From a virus (taxonomy: Duplodnaviria; Caudoviricetes), in IMG/VR virus record IMGVR_UViG_3300043673_000084, positions 2,219 through 66,218 of that record: DNA of 64,000 bases; one strand, written 5' to 3'. This document shows, piece by piece, positions 1 to 9,278 of this stretch. Both the position numbers and the translations under genes were made by a program. Within the stretch, counting starts at the first letter, position 1, and every line of letters begins with the position of its first letter. The notes under the pieces are model-generated. The model ran no database searches, had not been told where the DNA came from, and saw only the letters and a list, made by a program, of their open reading frames with translations.

Positions 1-215
1 TCATGAAGAATATCCATCCAACCATGCGGCTTCCTCATCGCGGCTTCGAGTCTACGCGCAGTCGAATCTCCCATGGCGCGCTTGCCTGGTTTCGGGGGGT
101 GGATCTGATTTAGGTAATTAGCCCTCTTTTTCATTCGACGCGATAGCTCAGCCTTACTTCCTGCCTCCGTAATGAGCAGTTCGAGGTTCAGCATGCGTAT
201 TTCTTTGCTATCCAT
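1..215 (-). CDS. cI-like phage repressor, N-terminal HTH (runs off the window edge)
   Basis: Not in the ORF track. Manual translation from ATG 215: MDSKEIRMLNLELLITEAGSKAELSRRMKKRANYLNQ...RAMGDSTARRLEAAMRKPHGWMD, the typical lambdoid repressor N-terminus. Divergent from cro. Confidence 0.85.
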   Translation of the reverse strand, partial: MDSKEIRMLNLELLITEAGSKAELSRRMKKRANYLNQIHPPKPGKRAMGDSTARRLEAAMRKPHGWMDILH

Positions 216-233
216 TACCTAATTGTCAACTAT

Positions 234-301
234 GTTCGCAAATTGCGAAACTTGGCAAAATGGTCACTATTTACTTGCGCAATGGTTACTGATATGCGAA
301 C
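234..301. promoter_or_regulatory. Immunity-region operators: three 17-bp imperfect palindromes (234-250, 251-267, 285-301)
   Basis: GTTCGCA-AAT-TGCGAAA, CTTGGCA-AAA-TGGTCAC and GTTACTG-ATA-TGCGAAC lie between the divergent cI and cro genes. Confidence 0.65.
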
Positions 302-312
302 TTATGCGCGCC

Positions 313-573
313 ATGAACCTAAACGACTACCTAGACACCCTGACTGCGGCTGAGAAAAGGGAATTTGCGGCGGCCTGCGGGATTGAAGAAGGGTACCTCA
401 AGCAATTGAAGTGCCGGACTCCCAAGAACAAGCACCGCATGCCATCCCTCGGGCTGTGCAAACGGTTCATTGAGGAATCGGAGCGGCGATTCAATCTGGG
501 GCTCAACCCAAACAAGTTGACCTTGGAGGAATTGCGGCCGGACGTGTTCAGCGAAGCAGAGAGCGCGGCTTGA
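313..573 (+). CDS. Cro/YdaS-like HTH regulator
   Basis: MNLNDYLDTL...EFAAACG...GYLKQL...LEELRPDVF; divergent from cI; start moved to ATG 313. Confidence 0.8.
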   Translation: MNLNDYLDTLTAAEKREFAAACGIEEGYLKQLKCRTPKNKHRMPSLGLCKRFIEESERRFNLGLNPNKLTLEELRPDVFSEAESAA

Positions 574-605
574 TGCGCGCTCGAATTTAGAACTGCCCAG
601 CTCGC

Positions 606-830
606 ATGAGTCTCAGACGAATGGATGTTGCTGTGAAGGTTGACCCCAACATTCACGAAGCCTTTTCTGCAATCGCGAAAATCCAGGGAACCGGGATCGG
701 CGAATTGGCGGAACGCCTCATCAAAGAATTTGTGGCCGCTGATTGTCACCAGTTCAATTTACGGCTACGCAGCAACGCCTACCGAAGAATCTCGGAGAAT
801 ATCGAAGAATCGCCGGGGAGCGCGCCGTAA
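606..830 (+). CDS. Small DNA-binding protein in the cII position (ribbon-helix-helix-like)
   Basis: Position after cro; beta-strand/helix/helix pattern. Confidence 0.5.
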   Translation: MSLRRMDVAVKVDPNIHEAFSAIAKIQGTGIGELAERLIKEFVAADCHQFNLRLRSNAYRRISENIEESPGSAP

Positions 831-897
831 TGCGAACTACCCGGATTGACATTTTACTTTTTATGTTCGGTAGCGAACATAACGCGGCATTTCGGTC

Positions 898-1530
898 ATG
901 AAAGATTCATTTTGGGATCGGCTGCAGTCCTTCGAAAGTAGTGAAACTTTCAATCCGTGGAGAGACGCTGACCCACTCGACGCTGATATGTACGGCGCGC
1001 TCTACCGGCGCCAGCGCCTCGAAATTCATCTTGAGCGCGACGCCAAATATTTGCTGGTGGGTGAAGCTCCAGGATATCGAGGCTGTCATTTCAGCGGCAT
1101 TCCGTTCACTTGCGAGAAGCAGCTGTGCGCCAATCAAGTGCCTGGAATACGCATGTTTCAGCGCATCACTACGCGCGATCTGCCATGGAGTGAAGGGTCG
1201 GCGACAATCATCTGGGGCACTCTGAAGGAACTTGGCATCGCAGATTCGACGGTGCTGTGGAATGCGTTTGCGTTTCATCCCTTCGCGGCCATCAGCAGAT
1301 ATTCGAATCGCACGCCGACGCCCAACGAAGTCACCGGCAACGCTGACATACTCGCGGCAGTGATCGCGCGCCATCGGCACGCAAAGATTTTTGCGGTCGG
1401 CAAGATCGCGCAGCGCACGCTTGCGAGCCTGGGAATCAGCGCAATCCTATTGCGCCATCCCAGCATGGGCGGCGCGAATCAATTCAGAGAGCAGCTTCGC
1501 TCCAACATTCTGGAGCAGGCATGCATTTAA
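898..1530 (+). CDS. Uracil-DNA glycosylase superfamily protein
   Basis: LLVGEAPGYRGCHFSGIPFT motif A, WNAFAFHP, NRTPT and RHPS motif B. Confidence 0.85.
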   Translation: MKDSFWDRLQSFESSETFNPWRDADPLDADMYGALYRRQRLEIHLERDAKYLLVGEAPGYRGCHFSGIPFTCEKQLCANQVPGIRMFQRITTRDLPWSEGSATIIWGTLKELGIADSTVLWNAFAFHPFAAISRYSNRTPTPNEVTGNADILAAVIARHRHAKIFAVGKIAQRTLASLGISAILLRHPSMGGANQFREQLRSNILEQACI

Positions 1531-1773
1531 CTCACATCGAGACGCGCGACGCACAGTTACGCCAACGTATTTTGCCGTGCGAACGAGCGAAGGCCATGTC
1601 AGAAAACACCCCAGATTTTCGTCAGATATCGGAGCAACTATATCGCGCTCTGAAATCAGTTGGATGCCGATGTACCGAACCGGTGTGGTGGGACAAGGAA
1701 AAGCGACCAGCTCACAAATGCTCGCTGTGCATCGCGCGAGAAGCCTACGAGGCGGCCGCGGGGATAAAGCCAA

Positions 1774-2580
1774 ATGGGTGAGCGCTCAAAAATACAATGG
1801 ACCGACCACACGTTTAATCCGTGGCTAGGATGCGCGAAGATTTCCCCTGGCTGCGATCACTGTTATGCAGAGGTCTGGGCGAAGCGCAGCGGCCTGGTGG
1901 AGTGGGGCGGCCCACGCCGGCGCACCAGCCCGGCGACATGGCGCGAACCTATCAAATTACACGCTGCGGTCCCAGAAGGTCAGCGAGAGCGTGTGTTTTG
2001 CGCATCCCTCGCTGATGTCTTCGACAACGAGGTACCCCAGCAATGGCGCCAGGATCTGTTCGATCTGATCAGTGTGACGCCGCGCTTCGACTGGCTGCTG
2101 CTGACCAAGCGCATCGGCAACGTGAAGTCGATGGTTCCGTGGTACAGCTACCGCGGATCGATCGAACCTCAATATCACTTCCCGGACAACGTCTGGCTTG
2201 GAATCAGCGTTGTCAACCAGGAAGAGGCTGACCGCGACATTCCCAAGTTGCTGGCGTTGCCAGCTCGAGTCCGGTTCCTATCGTGTGAGCCATTGCTCGG
2301 GCCGATAGATCTGGAGCGCGGCGGATTCACATTCCTTCGTCGCCAGAAAAGCCCCACCGGCATTCAACATGAGGCGGTCGACTGGGTGATCGTGGGCGGC
2401 GAGAGCGGCGCCCATGCGCGGCCCATGGAGCAGTCCTGGGCCATCGACCTTGTGCGAGATTGCCGAGCCAATGGCGTCCCTGTCTTCTTCAAGCAGGGCT
2501 CGAAAGCCAATTGGCCACGCTTCAAGAACTTCGACGGCTTTCCAAAGTCGCTCCAGGTTCGGGAGTGGCCAACGCTATGA
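1774..2580 (+). CDS. DUF5131 (phage Gp37/Gp68) radical-SAM-like protein
   Basis: SKIQWTDHTFNPWLGCAKISPGCDHCYAE (CX6CX2C), LLTKR, FLSCEPLLGP, DWVIVGGESG, FFKQ. Confidence 0.9.
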   Translation: MGERSKIQWTDHTFNPWLGCAKISPGCDHCYAEVWAKRSGLVEWGGPRRRTSPATWREPIKLHAAVPEGQRERVFCASLADVFDNEVPQQWRQDLFDLISVTPRFDWLLLTKRIGNVKSMVPWYSYRGSIEPQYHFPDNVWLGISVVNQEEADRDIPKLLALPARVRFLSCEPLLGPIDLERGGFTFLRRQKSPTGIQHEAVDWVIVGGESGAHARPMEQSWAIDLVRDCRANGVPVFFKQGSKANWPRFKNFDGFPKSLQVREWPTL

Positions 2581-2954
2581 TCCACAAGATTGTGCGCGGC
2601 CCGTGCCCGCGGTGCGGTGGCCCATCCCACTATCAGCACGGGACCAGCCGAATCTATGTATGCGCCTCGTGTACTCGCGCGCGAGATCTGCAACGCACGA
2701 ACGCGGCCAGAAGGGCGATTGCCGCAGTTCATCGCGCCAAGCTGCGCGGCGAACTATCTAGTCTTCCTGACGGCACTCCATGCGTCGATTGCGGCGCTGA
2801 AGCCATGGTCTATGACCATAGGGAGTATGCCAAGCCTCTCGTTGTAGAGCCGGTATGCATCAGTTGCAATAAGCGGCGCGGTCCTGCAATTGATTCCGCA
2901 GCGCTTCTGCCAATGCCAATCGCGCAGCGCACGGAAGTCGGGATGGAACTGTGA
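2577..2954 (+). CDS. Zn-finger/HNH-like protein
   Basis: CVDCG...YDHREYAKPL.VEPVCISCN; ATGA overlap with the upstream gene. Confidence 0.6.
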   Translation: MIHKIVRGPCPRCGGPSHYQHGTSRIYVCASCTRARDLQRTNAARRAIAAVHRAKLRGELSSLPDGTPCVDCGAEAMVYDHREYAKPLVVEPVCISCNKRRGPAIDSAALLPMPIAQRTEVGMEL

Positions 2955-3769
2955 GCGGCTGGATCAAACTCGAAAAGGATCTACTTACCGATCCGAGGGT
3001 GATCCGAATGGGAACTAAAGTATGTAATGGTCTGCCATTACGTGGTGTAACTGTAGTGTTAGGCGGCCTCGCTCACCTTTGGATGATCGCTGACACTCAC
3101 ATCGGAAATGATGATGTCATTCCGCTCGGGCCTGACGAGATAAATGAGGTCATCGGCATCCAAGGATTCTGCCAACTCCTGCCTCGGGATTGGCTTGAGA
3201 TCATCGATGCGGACCACGTAAAACTGCCTGGTTTTCATCGTCATAATGGCACCATTGCAAAAGAGAATGCTCAGAACGCGAAGCGTGTTCAACGCCACCG
3301 GGAGCGTATCAACGCCGAACAATTACGTCTACGTAATGGAGGACCATTACCAGACCAAGACCAAGACCCACACCTAGACCAAGACCTTGTAGGGAGACGT
3401 TCGGCGCGAAAGAGCGCGCCATCTGTTCCACGGGAAACCGATCAGCAATGGTTTTTGGATTTGAAACTCGTTTACCCGGATCGCGGAGATGGGAGTCAGA
3501 ACTGGAGCGGCGCCCGGCGCGCTGCCAATGCGCGGCTCACCGAAGGTCACACGCCAGAGGAAATGCTGGAGGGCGCGCGGCGCTATGCGGCATACAACCT
3601 GGCCATCGGCAACACGGGGACGCAGTACGTCAAGCAAGCCGCAGTATTCCTCGGGCCAGACAAGCATTTCACAAAGCCATGGGCGATTCCTCCAGGTAAG
3701 GCGGAACGCAGACTCAACGCAAATCTCGACGTCGCCGCGCAATTTCTCGCATCTGGGGGTTCCAAGTGA
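2951..3769 (+). CDS. Replication initiator (O-like)
   Basis: MSGWIKLEKDL N-terminus, NAKRVQRHRER, DQDQD linker, YVKQAAVFLGPDKHF C-domain; position. Confidence 0.75.
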   Translation: MSGWIKLEKDLLTDPRVIRMGTKVCNGLPLRGVTVVLGGLAHLWMIADTHIGNDDVIPLGPDEINEVIGIQGFCQLLPRDWLEIIDADHVKLPGFHRHNGTIAKENAQNAKRVQRHRERINAEQLRLRNGGPLPDQDQDPHLDQDLVGRRSARKSAPSVPRETDQQWFLDLKLVYPDRGDGSQNWSGARRAANARLTEGHTPEEMLEGARRYAAYNLAIGNTGTQYVKQAAVFLGPDKHFTKPWAIPPGKAERRLNANLDVAAQFLASGGSK

Positions 3770-4269
3770 TCGACGCGGATAAGGCTGAATTCGTCAAGGT
3801 CGTCATGGGGTTTGCCGAACTCAAGGGCAAACAACTCAGCCTGCCGGCGGTAGAGCTCTACTGGCGGGCGATGCGCAACTGGGAACTGCAGGACTTCATG
3901 GCGGCAGCGGAGCGCCTGGTGAGCACCAGCCAGTACATGCCGGAACCGTATCACTTCCACGAACTGCGCAAGGCCGGTCTCGAGACCGCGCCGGAAGCCT
4001 GGGCGCGCGCGGTGCGCCACGCAGCATCCAGCGCATACCGGCGCGGGCCAATCGGGGATCCGCTGATCGACAAATGCGTGGAGATTGTCGGCGGCTACGC
4101 GGCCATAGCGCTGTCGGATGTCTCCAAGCTGCAGTTCATCGAGCGTAGATTCTGCGAGCACTACGCGACCATTGGGGACGCCCAGGAGACGCGCGACGCG
4201 GTACCCCAGATTGCATACCAGCACCCACCGCTGCTGTTGGCCGGTGTCGTGAAAAGGATTGGCCATTGA
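3766..4269 (+). CDS. Replication-associated protein (helicase loader/P position, DUF6475-like)
   Basis: Coupled to the initiator; LYWRAMRNW...F.AA...MPEP pattern. Confidence 0.6.
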   Translation: MIDADKAEFVKVVMGFAELKGKQLSLPAVELYWRAMRNWELQDFMAAAERLVSTSQYMPEPYHFHELRKAGLETAPEAWARAVRHAASSAYRRGPIGDPLIDKCVEIVGGYAAIALSDVSKLQFIERRFCEHYATIGDAQETRDAVPQIAYQHPPLLLAGVVKRIGH

Positions 4270-4733
4270 ACGCACGCGAGCAAGTGTTGCTGCTGATCCA
4301 AACTCAAACGATGCGGAGCGCATCGTTTCAGCAGATCAAATTTGCGCTGAAGTTGAGGGACGAGCAAACGGACCACGTTCTGCGCGGGATGCTGAATGAC
4401 GGAGTGATCGAGCGCATGGACGGTCGCTACCAGATCCCAGCGGCGGAGCAAATTGACGAACCGCTGTTCGAGGTCATTGCCTCGGCGCCCACGGTTCAGA
4501 TGCGAACCTGCACCTGCTGCAAACTTTCGAAGCCCACCAAAGACTTTTACAAAAATCACGGCAAATGCAAAAAGTGCTACTACCTGACGCAGCAGAGAGC
4601 CAGGGAAAAGCGCGCTGCGAGATCGGCCAATATTCGAATCATCGGCAAGCGCATCACCATGGTCGTCGGCGCAACTGAAGTCGACATCAGCGCTGACCAC
4701 GTTCGAAGACTTCTGGACGAGGCGGAAGCATGA
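4266..4733 (+). CDS. Hypothetical protein (winged-helix-like N-terminus, CxxC...CKKC Zn motif)
   Basis: Overlapping gene chain; RTCTCCKLSKPTKDFYK..GKCKKC. Confidence 0.5.
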   Translation: MNAREQVLLLIQTQTMRSASFQQIKFALKLRDEQTDHVLRGMLNDGVIERMDGRYQIPAAEQIDEPLFEVIASAPTVQMRTCTCCKLSKPTKDFYKNHGKCKKCYYLTQQRAREKRAARSANIRIIGKRITMVVGATEVDISADHVRRLLDEAEA

Positions 4734-5008
4734 AAGCCAAGAAAACATCGACCACGGCCCAGAAGATCGAGTGCATCTACCGCCGGCAGATCCGCCTCGA
4801 GAAGCAATTCTGTCGACTTAACCTGGTACTGAACTCTGAAACGTTGGCTATGTGGGCCGCGGTGCACGGAAAATTGATCGAGTCGAACAAGGTTCTAGCG
4901 GACCACGTTGCCCGGGTTCTGCGCGAGAAAGAAACGCTGGTGAAAATGATCGGGACCCAGGAAATTCAGCGGCAACTGGAAGAAAGAAAATCCACAGGAG
5001 ATCGGTAA
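4730..5008 (+). CDS. Hypothetical protein
   Basis: ATGA-coupled ORF in the operon. Confidence 0.45.
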   Translation: MKAKKTSTTAQKIECIYRRQIRLEKQFCRLNLVLNSETLAMWAAVHGKLIESNKVLADHVARVLREKETLVKMIGTQEIQRQLEERKSTGDR

Positions 5009-5708
5009 ATGAGCGAATCAGTGCGAGTGACGGCGCCTGCCGAAGTTGAGGCGGTGCGCAACGGTGCAATCCTTGGCGATGAGTACAAGGACGGCGAGAT
5101 ATGGGCGGATGCAGTGTCGCTGCTGCGGTTTCGGCAGATCAAGACGCTGGACCAGGACAACGCAGTGAGCCAGCCGGCGTGAAGTTCAAGCCGGGTGATC
5201 GGGTGGAGTGGCTTGGGGCCAGAAAAGTCCTTGGACCGCTCCCTAGGTGCTCTCAGGGGGTAATCCTGAAGCATATCGACTCTCCATACGTGCCGCGTGG
5301 CTACACGCTGCAAGTTGGGAATTGGTATCTGTGCAATTTCGACGGTGAGGAGTTTTCTTGTGTCGAATCGGCTTTGCGCCTGATTCCAGGCGATGACAGC
5401 CGAAACGTCGGGGACTGGAGCAACTGCGTCTGGACGCCGAAGCACATCAGGCTTCAGAAGTTTCGCGAATTCATGGATCGCCAACTGGAGCGCGCATGAA
5501 GTTCAAATCATCACGCGAGCCGCGGCGGACCGGAAACTTTACCAGTAAGGCCATCATGGATTCGGCTGGCAAGCCTGGAATGGTCAACGAGAAGCAATCT
5601 CGTTGGGCGTGCGGCTTCCAGAATCTACACGAAAGCAAATTCGAGTCGCCGCACCAGGGATCCAAGGAAATGCGCCGTCGTCAAAAACAACTTCAGGGAA
5701 AATCTTAA

Positions 5709-6011
5709 GTGGAAAAGACAAACTTCAACGGCAAAGAATTGCCGGAATTGGGCGCGGAGATGTTCGCGGTCAACGATTCCTCGGTCGGTAAGACGTTCAC
5801 GATAAGAGACGCCACCGATGAGCAATTGGTTCGATATCGCAAGGAATTCCAGAAGAACCACGCGCTGGCACAGCAAAAATTCATGGCGGCGCTTGGAGAA
5901 CTGCAGGACGCCAACACTGGCGTGAATATCATCATTTACGAAATCGACAGGCGCGCACGCATGCTCGCCATCGCATCGAATCTTCCGCCGAGTGGCCACC
6001 TTGCACGTTAG
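5709..6011 (+). CDS. Hypothetical protein
   Basis: ORF in the operon, coiled-coil-like. Confidence 0.5.
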   Translation: MEKTNFNGKELPELGAEMFAVNDSSVGKTFTIRDATDEQLVRYRKEFQKNHALAQQKFMAALGELQDANTGVNIIIYEIDRRARMLAIASNLPPSGHLAR

Positions 6012-6417
6012 AGACTTACCCAAGGATCTGCAGCGAGAACTGCTGAAGGGCGTGAAGATCCCCACGCTCAAGGCGGAGCCGAACGAGGGCGAGGATCTGT
6101 TTCGCTTCCATCTCAAGGCGCACAAGCTGCCGAAGTGGATGGAGCAACACAAATTCGCCACGTGCATGGGCAGGGAATTTATGGCGGACTTCGCCTTCAA
6201 GGATTTTCCGGTCCTGGTGGAGATCAACGGCGGGATCTGGCGCGAGGGCGGCGGCGCGCACTCGAGGCCGGAAAAAATCATCAAAGACATGGAGCGCTAT
6301 CGCTACGCGGCGCGGCTTGGCCTGTTCATCCTGCCTTTCACGCCGGATGAGGTCTTCAGCGGCCTTGCGATCGATTGGACGATGGAAACCTTACGACAAC
6401 ACGGCTGGAGACCTTGA
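5992..6417 (+). CDS. PD-(D/E)xK endonuclease (Vsr/DUF559-like, nin region)
   Basis: FMADFAF...VLVEINGGIW..GGAHSR....KDMERY..AARLG..ILPFT. Confidence 0.75.
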   Translation: MATLHVRDLPKDLQRELLKGVKIPTLKAEPNEGEDLFRFHLKAHKLPKWMEQHKFATCMGREFMADFAFKDFPVLVEINGGIWREGGGAHSRPEKIIKDMERYRYAARLGLFILPFTPDEVFSGLAIDWTMETLRQHGWRP

Positions 6418-6704
6418 ATGTTTGAACCGATCAATGAAGCGGCGGTGAGTAATGCGGCCTGGGAAAATATTTCTGTCACCGAAATGAGCAGCGGAGTTAT
6501 TTACCAGGACGGTAAGGCGGTGGCTGCGTTTGGCGTGCTGCTGCATGAATTACCCAAGACCGACGATATTCCGCGCGACTGCTACGGCAACGATCTGCGA
6601 GCGGACATCGCCGGGCGCGAGATCGCCAGGGCGGGGCGCAAGTTCGCGAACCGGCGGCGCTACCAGCGCCACTACCAGCGCATCGCGGCGCGGCGGGCGC
6701 GTCA

Positions 6705-7331
6705 GTGAGAAGCGAAGATTTGATTGCCCTTGCGGCGGCCCACGGGGTCGACCTGATTGAAGCTGCGCGTTTGGCGCCCAGCGACAAGGTGAAGCGCGAC
6801 GTCATGAAGCAGCGCTTCCAGGGCGGCCGTACTGCCATGGTTCTGCAGGAGCCTTCCCAGAAAATGGCGAAGGGCAAAGAATCGGCCACATTCGTCAGAC
6901 CCAAGTGGACTGTGGCAGAGATCGGCCAGGCCTCGGCGGGTGTACCCCCGATCCAGTTCTCGGCGGCGTGCTACGCCTTTGCGGGGGATCGATCACAGTA
7001 TTGGCCGCTGTACGGCAATCTGTGCGGCGAGGTTCACAGGCTGCAAGGCAGATTCAATTGGCCGGCTGAGATTCGCGACTTCCACCAGATTGAGCGTCCC
7101 TACCTGCGCCACCTGGCCAAGATGGTGCTTGACGAGGAAGACAGCCAGAACCTGTTCAAGATCGCTGACAGCCGCCTGTATTCGATCTACCTGGGCTGCA
7201 GTGAGAAAACCTGGAAGAACGAAGTCTCAGAGCGCTACGAGACGCTGAAGCTGGTATGGCTAGGCTGGCTGCAGCGCGCGGCCAGGATCATTCAGCCTCG
7301 GCTGCGGACCCAGGAGGAACCGCCAGCGTGA
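6705..7331 (+). CDS. Putative late antiterminator (Q-like)
   Basis: Position at the end of the early right operon, upstream of a promoter-terminator pair; C-terminal HTH-like YLGCSEKTWKNEVSERYE. Confidence 0.5.
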   Translation: MRSEDLIALAAAHGVDLIEAARLAPSDKVKRDVMKQRFQGGRTAMVLQEPSQKMAKGKESATFVRPKWTVAEIGQASAGVPPIQFSAACYAFAGDRSQYWPLYGNLCGEVHRLQGRFNWPAEIRDFHQIERPYLRHLAKMVLDEEDSQNLFKIADSRLYSIYLGCSEKTWKNEVSERYETLKLVWLGWLQRAARIIQPRLRTQEEPPA

Positions 7332-7738
7332 TTCCCCAAATGATGGCTGTCCTGCACGATCCACCGTATAGCTACGGGGACTGCTATCGCGCGTGCATTG
7401 CGTCGATCATCGAGGTTCCGACCACGCATGTCCCGCATCCCGGCACAAACGGTGAGCGCGAATGGTACGACCAGATGAAGTTCATGGATCGTTGGCTAGC
7501 AGAGCGCGGCTACTGGACGTTTGGTCTCAAGGTCAATGCCGTGGATTTGCCGATGTACCAGGAGCACACAGTCGGCTATTACATCCTCGGCGGAAAGTCG
7601 CCACGCGCTCCCCATTTCGTCGTTGCGCTGCGCGACAAGATTGTCCATGACCCACATCCCGAAGGCGGCGGATTGGTCGCCGACGCCGACGACACATGGA
7701 ATTTGCAGTTTGTCTGCTACGGAGCGCTCAAACCATGA
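7328..7738 (+). CDS. Phage protein with papain-like Cys/His/Asp motifs
   Basis: GDCYRACIASI...HFVV...IVHDPHP. Confidence 0.55.
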   Translation: MIPQMMAVLHDPPYSYGDCYRACIASIIEVPTTHVPHPGTNGEREWYDQMKFMDRWLAERGYWTFGLKVNAVDLPMYQEHTVGYYILGGKSPRAPHFVVALRDKIVHDPHPEGGGLVADADDTWNLQFVCYGALKP

Positions 7739-8232
7739 ACGCTGAACTCTGCAAGATCTACCAGTGCAGCAATCCCAAGTGCCTGGCGATTTGGAACGAT
7801 AGACCCCGGGGCCATTGCCCCAAGTGCATTACCAGAGAGGGCGTCGGCTATTCGACAGTGCCGGTTCCGCTGTTGAGCCTGACGCTGTTTCGCGCGGCGA
7901 AGGCAAGTCATGCAACGTAGCCCACACGTCATGGCTCTCCTGGCAGCGGCCCTCATTGGAACTGTTGAGGGGATGGACACCTTGGTTCGCGCGGACGATT
8001 TGCATATTGGCCCTCGGCCGCCACGGCTGCGCTACCCCAATAGATCCACCCAAAATCGATCGATCACGGATGGTAACCGCGTCCATTCGGAGCGCGTGCA
8101 GGACGAACGGCGCACTGACACGGCGGAAATCCTCAATGAGCGCATGGCAGCGGCTGAAGCGAAACGCCAGCGCAAGATGGCGAAGCGCGCGCGGGAGGCT
8201 TCGAAAGGCAATGATTAAATATTTAAGTCGAA

Positions 8233-8260
8233 TTGACTTCCTGGGCGCTCAGGAGAGAAT
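8233..8260 (+). promoter_or_regulatory. Candidate late promoter (pR'-like)
   Basis: TTGACT-N16-GAGAAT with an AT-rich upstream tract, about 70 bp before a terminator. Confidence 0.4.
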
Positions 8261-8327
8261 GCCGCTCGGACAGTCGTCTCCAAAGTTTGTTGAGACGTAT
8301 CGATTCCCCCGGTTGATAGAGACTCTA

Positions 8328-8352
8328 AAGCCTGCTTTTAGCGGGCTTTTTT
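8328..8352 (+). terminator. Intrinsic terminator (tR'-like)
   Basis: AAGCCTGCT-TTT-AGCGGGCTT followed by a T run. Confidence 0.7.
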
Positions 8353-8741
8353 CGTAATGAGTCCAGGCATGCGCGACAAATTCCGCAAGCTAGTAGCTTT
8401 TACGCTGCGGGAATCGATGGATGATCCCCCGGCGCCGCGATCCCAGCAAGAATTCGATGCCTGGATGGATCGGGTAATAGAAAAATGGTCAGAGCGAGTT
8501 GGGTTCTTTGAGGTTCGAGACCAATGACACTCAAATTCGAACCGCGTCGCCAAACGAATTCATACGGCAGGTTGATTCAGTCGCCTGCGCCCTTATACAC
8601 AACGACGCGACGCCTGGCCCCTCCGGGGGCGCCGGCGGCATCTTCGGAAACAAACTCGGGCTATACGGAGCGGGATTCGAGATCCTGTCTCACGCCAGGG
8701 TCACTGATGGCTGAAGCTCTGCCGCCGGTCGGCGCAAAGCT

Positions 8742-9278
8742 ATGATGGCCAGACCCTCGGAATTCACGGTTCAAATTGCTGACGCAATCTGCGAACGCCT
8801 CGCCGATGGTGAATCTCTGCGCGCGATCTGCCGCGACGAGGAAATGCCCGCCAAGTCCACGGTTTTCAGATGGTTGGCTGAAAACCAAAAGTTCCAGGAC
8901 CAGTACGCGCGCGCGAGGGAAGCGCAGGCGGATGCTCATGCCGATGACATCATCGATATTGCCGATACGCCACAAATTGGTAAGAAGACCAAGACGTTGC
9001 CTGACGGCAAGACGGAAGTAGTCGAGGGCGACATGATCGAGCATCGGCGCCTGCGCGTGGATGCCAGGAAATGGGTTGCCGCAAAGCTTAAGCCGAAGAA
9101 ATACGGCGAAAAGGTCGATCTTACGCATCAAAACCCGGATGGCTCGAACATCATCCCGCCATCGTTTGGAGTGAGTTTCAGGAATGGCGGACCCGGCCAA
9201 GCAGTTGACGTTGGCGGAAGCGGTGTTGCTGGAGATCGAGAGCCAGCAGCAGAAGAAACCCCAGAGTCTCCTACCTGA
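8742..9278 (+). CDS. terS: Terminase small subunit
   Basis: ARPSEFTVQIADAICERLADGESLRAIC....MP...TVFRWL...QYARARE...RLRVDARKW. Confidence 0.92.
   Translation: MMARPSEFTVQIADAICERLADGESLRAICRDEEMPAKSTVFRWLAENQKFQDQYARAREAQADAHADDIIDIADTPQIGKKTKTLPDGKTEVVEGDMIEHRRLRVDARKWVAAKLKPKKYGEKVDLTHQNPDGSNIIPPSFGVSFRNGGPGQAVDVGGSGVAGDREPAAEETPESPT

Noticed and set aside
846-875. Sigma70 promoter from the perfect TTGACA at 846
   Set aside because: No acceptable -10 hexamer at 16-18 bp spacing.
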